The notes beneath the pieces are model-generated. The model was not told the origin of the DNA, searched no databases, and saw only the letters and a program-made list of their open reading frames with translations. Below are positions 36,014-36,680 of a DNA stretch of 36,680 nt, one piece after another. This DNA is from Hyphochytrium catenoides (Eukaryota; Protista; Hyphochytriomycota). The stretch is taken from assembly GCA_900088475.1 (NCBI GenBank), contig FLMG01004384.1, positions 1 to 36,680 on the forward strand. The letters are read 5' to 3'. How positions within the stretch are numbered: position 1 is the first letter of the stretch; each line of letters starts with the position of its first letter. The position numbers and the translations under genes were made by a program.

Positions 36014-36419
36014 ACAAGAAGAAGTGGATGATGAGAGGGCGGGCTTCGAGGAGAGGTGAGGAGGATAATGCATTGTCTTCTTGCCTGCTGCTCTGCTGCC
36101 GGCACTGGGGACATTATTCGCAAAAAAAATCTTCAACAAAAAACCTGTCACTTGAACAGTAGGAAGAGCAGATGCCAGCAGCTGTCACCACCACATCATC
36201 GTTATTGCTAGCTGGGTGGCGTAGGGAATAGCGCTACGGACTCTCAGAAACGAAGTCTCAAGAAGACCAATAATCGCCAAGAAGCTAGCAGCCAAGCAGG
36301 AAGATAAAGGGGCTTTTGATAGCCCTCATCGCACTTTCTTGATCTCTAAAAAATTCACCTACTACTACAGAGAAGCTGCGGTGGTTTGCAGCGCCTTCAA
36401 GAAGAAACGAGGAGGACAC

Positions 36420-36680
36420 ATGGCCAGTAGCATGTCAGCTGCAGAGCTGAAGCGGAGAAAGCACGGGAAGGCTCATCAGGAGGTGAATATCTTTCCACCC
36501 GCCACATAATCAGCCATTTCTATCTGCCCGCGACGAGGCTGACCTTCTTCGTAATCGTTCACGATATTTAACTTCATAGGGCAACTCAGAGCTTAATGGC
36601 GAGAAGACAGAAGACTCTTCAGAACCCCAAAGCACTGATTCGCTGTCATCGAAGGAAATGATCACTGCCGTTCTGGTGTT
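36420..36680 (+). CDS. 5' end of an unknown gene running off the right edge (exon 36420-36482, intron 36483-36579, exon 36580 onward)
   Basis: MASSMSAAELKRRKHGKAHQE|GNSELNGEKTEDSSEPQSTDSLSSKEMITAVLV... joins in frame across a GT-AG intron and appears to enter a hydrophobic segment. Confidence 0.55.

Noticed and set aside
1-36680. tRNA, rRNA, snRNA, CRISPR array, alternative genetic code or selenocysteine readthrough
   Set aside because: I saw no cloverleaf, rRNA or spaced direct-repeat pattern. The apparent in-frame stops in the junctions I traced are explained by canonical GT-AG introns.

Overview
This is compact, intron-rich eukaryotic (protist-like) genomic DNA with short GT-AG introns, mostly 50-250 nt, so the six-frame ORF track fragments most genes. 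I rebuilt the spliced models by eye. Genes in order: TBL2-like WD40 membrane protein (+), RGS-domain GRK-like AGC kinase (-), PP1 inhibitor-3/Ypi1 (+), XPA (+), two tandem MATE transporters (-), a cAMP-receptor-like 7TM GPCR (-), an RCC1-repeat/BTB protein (-), NOP9 (-), CEP95 (+), TAM41 (-), and probable partial genes at both window edges. The most notable signals are: (i) the kinase has a lipidation motif, an RGS domain and a ~335-aa activation-segment insert carrying six RRxS motifs, and lies about 11 kb from an orphan GPCR with a long Ser/Thr-rich tail; (ii) a ~740-bp MITE-like element with 26-bp terminal inverted repeats at 20728-21463; (iii) several stop-free introns whose length is a multiple of 3. 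All family calls come from motif recognition, not database searches.
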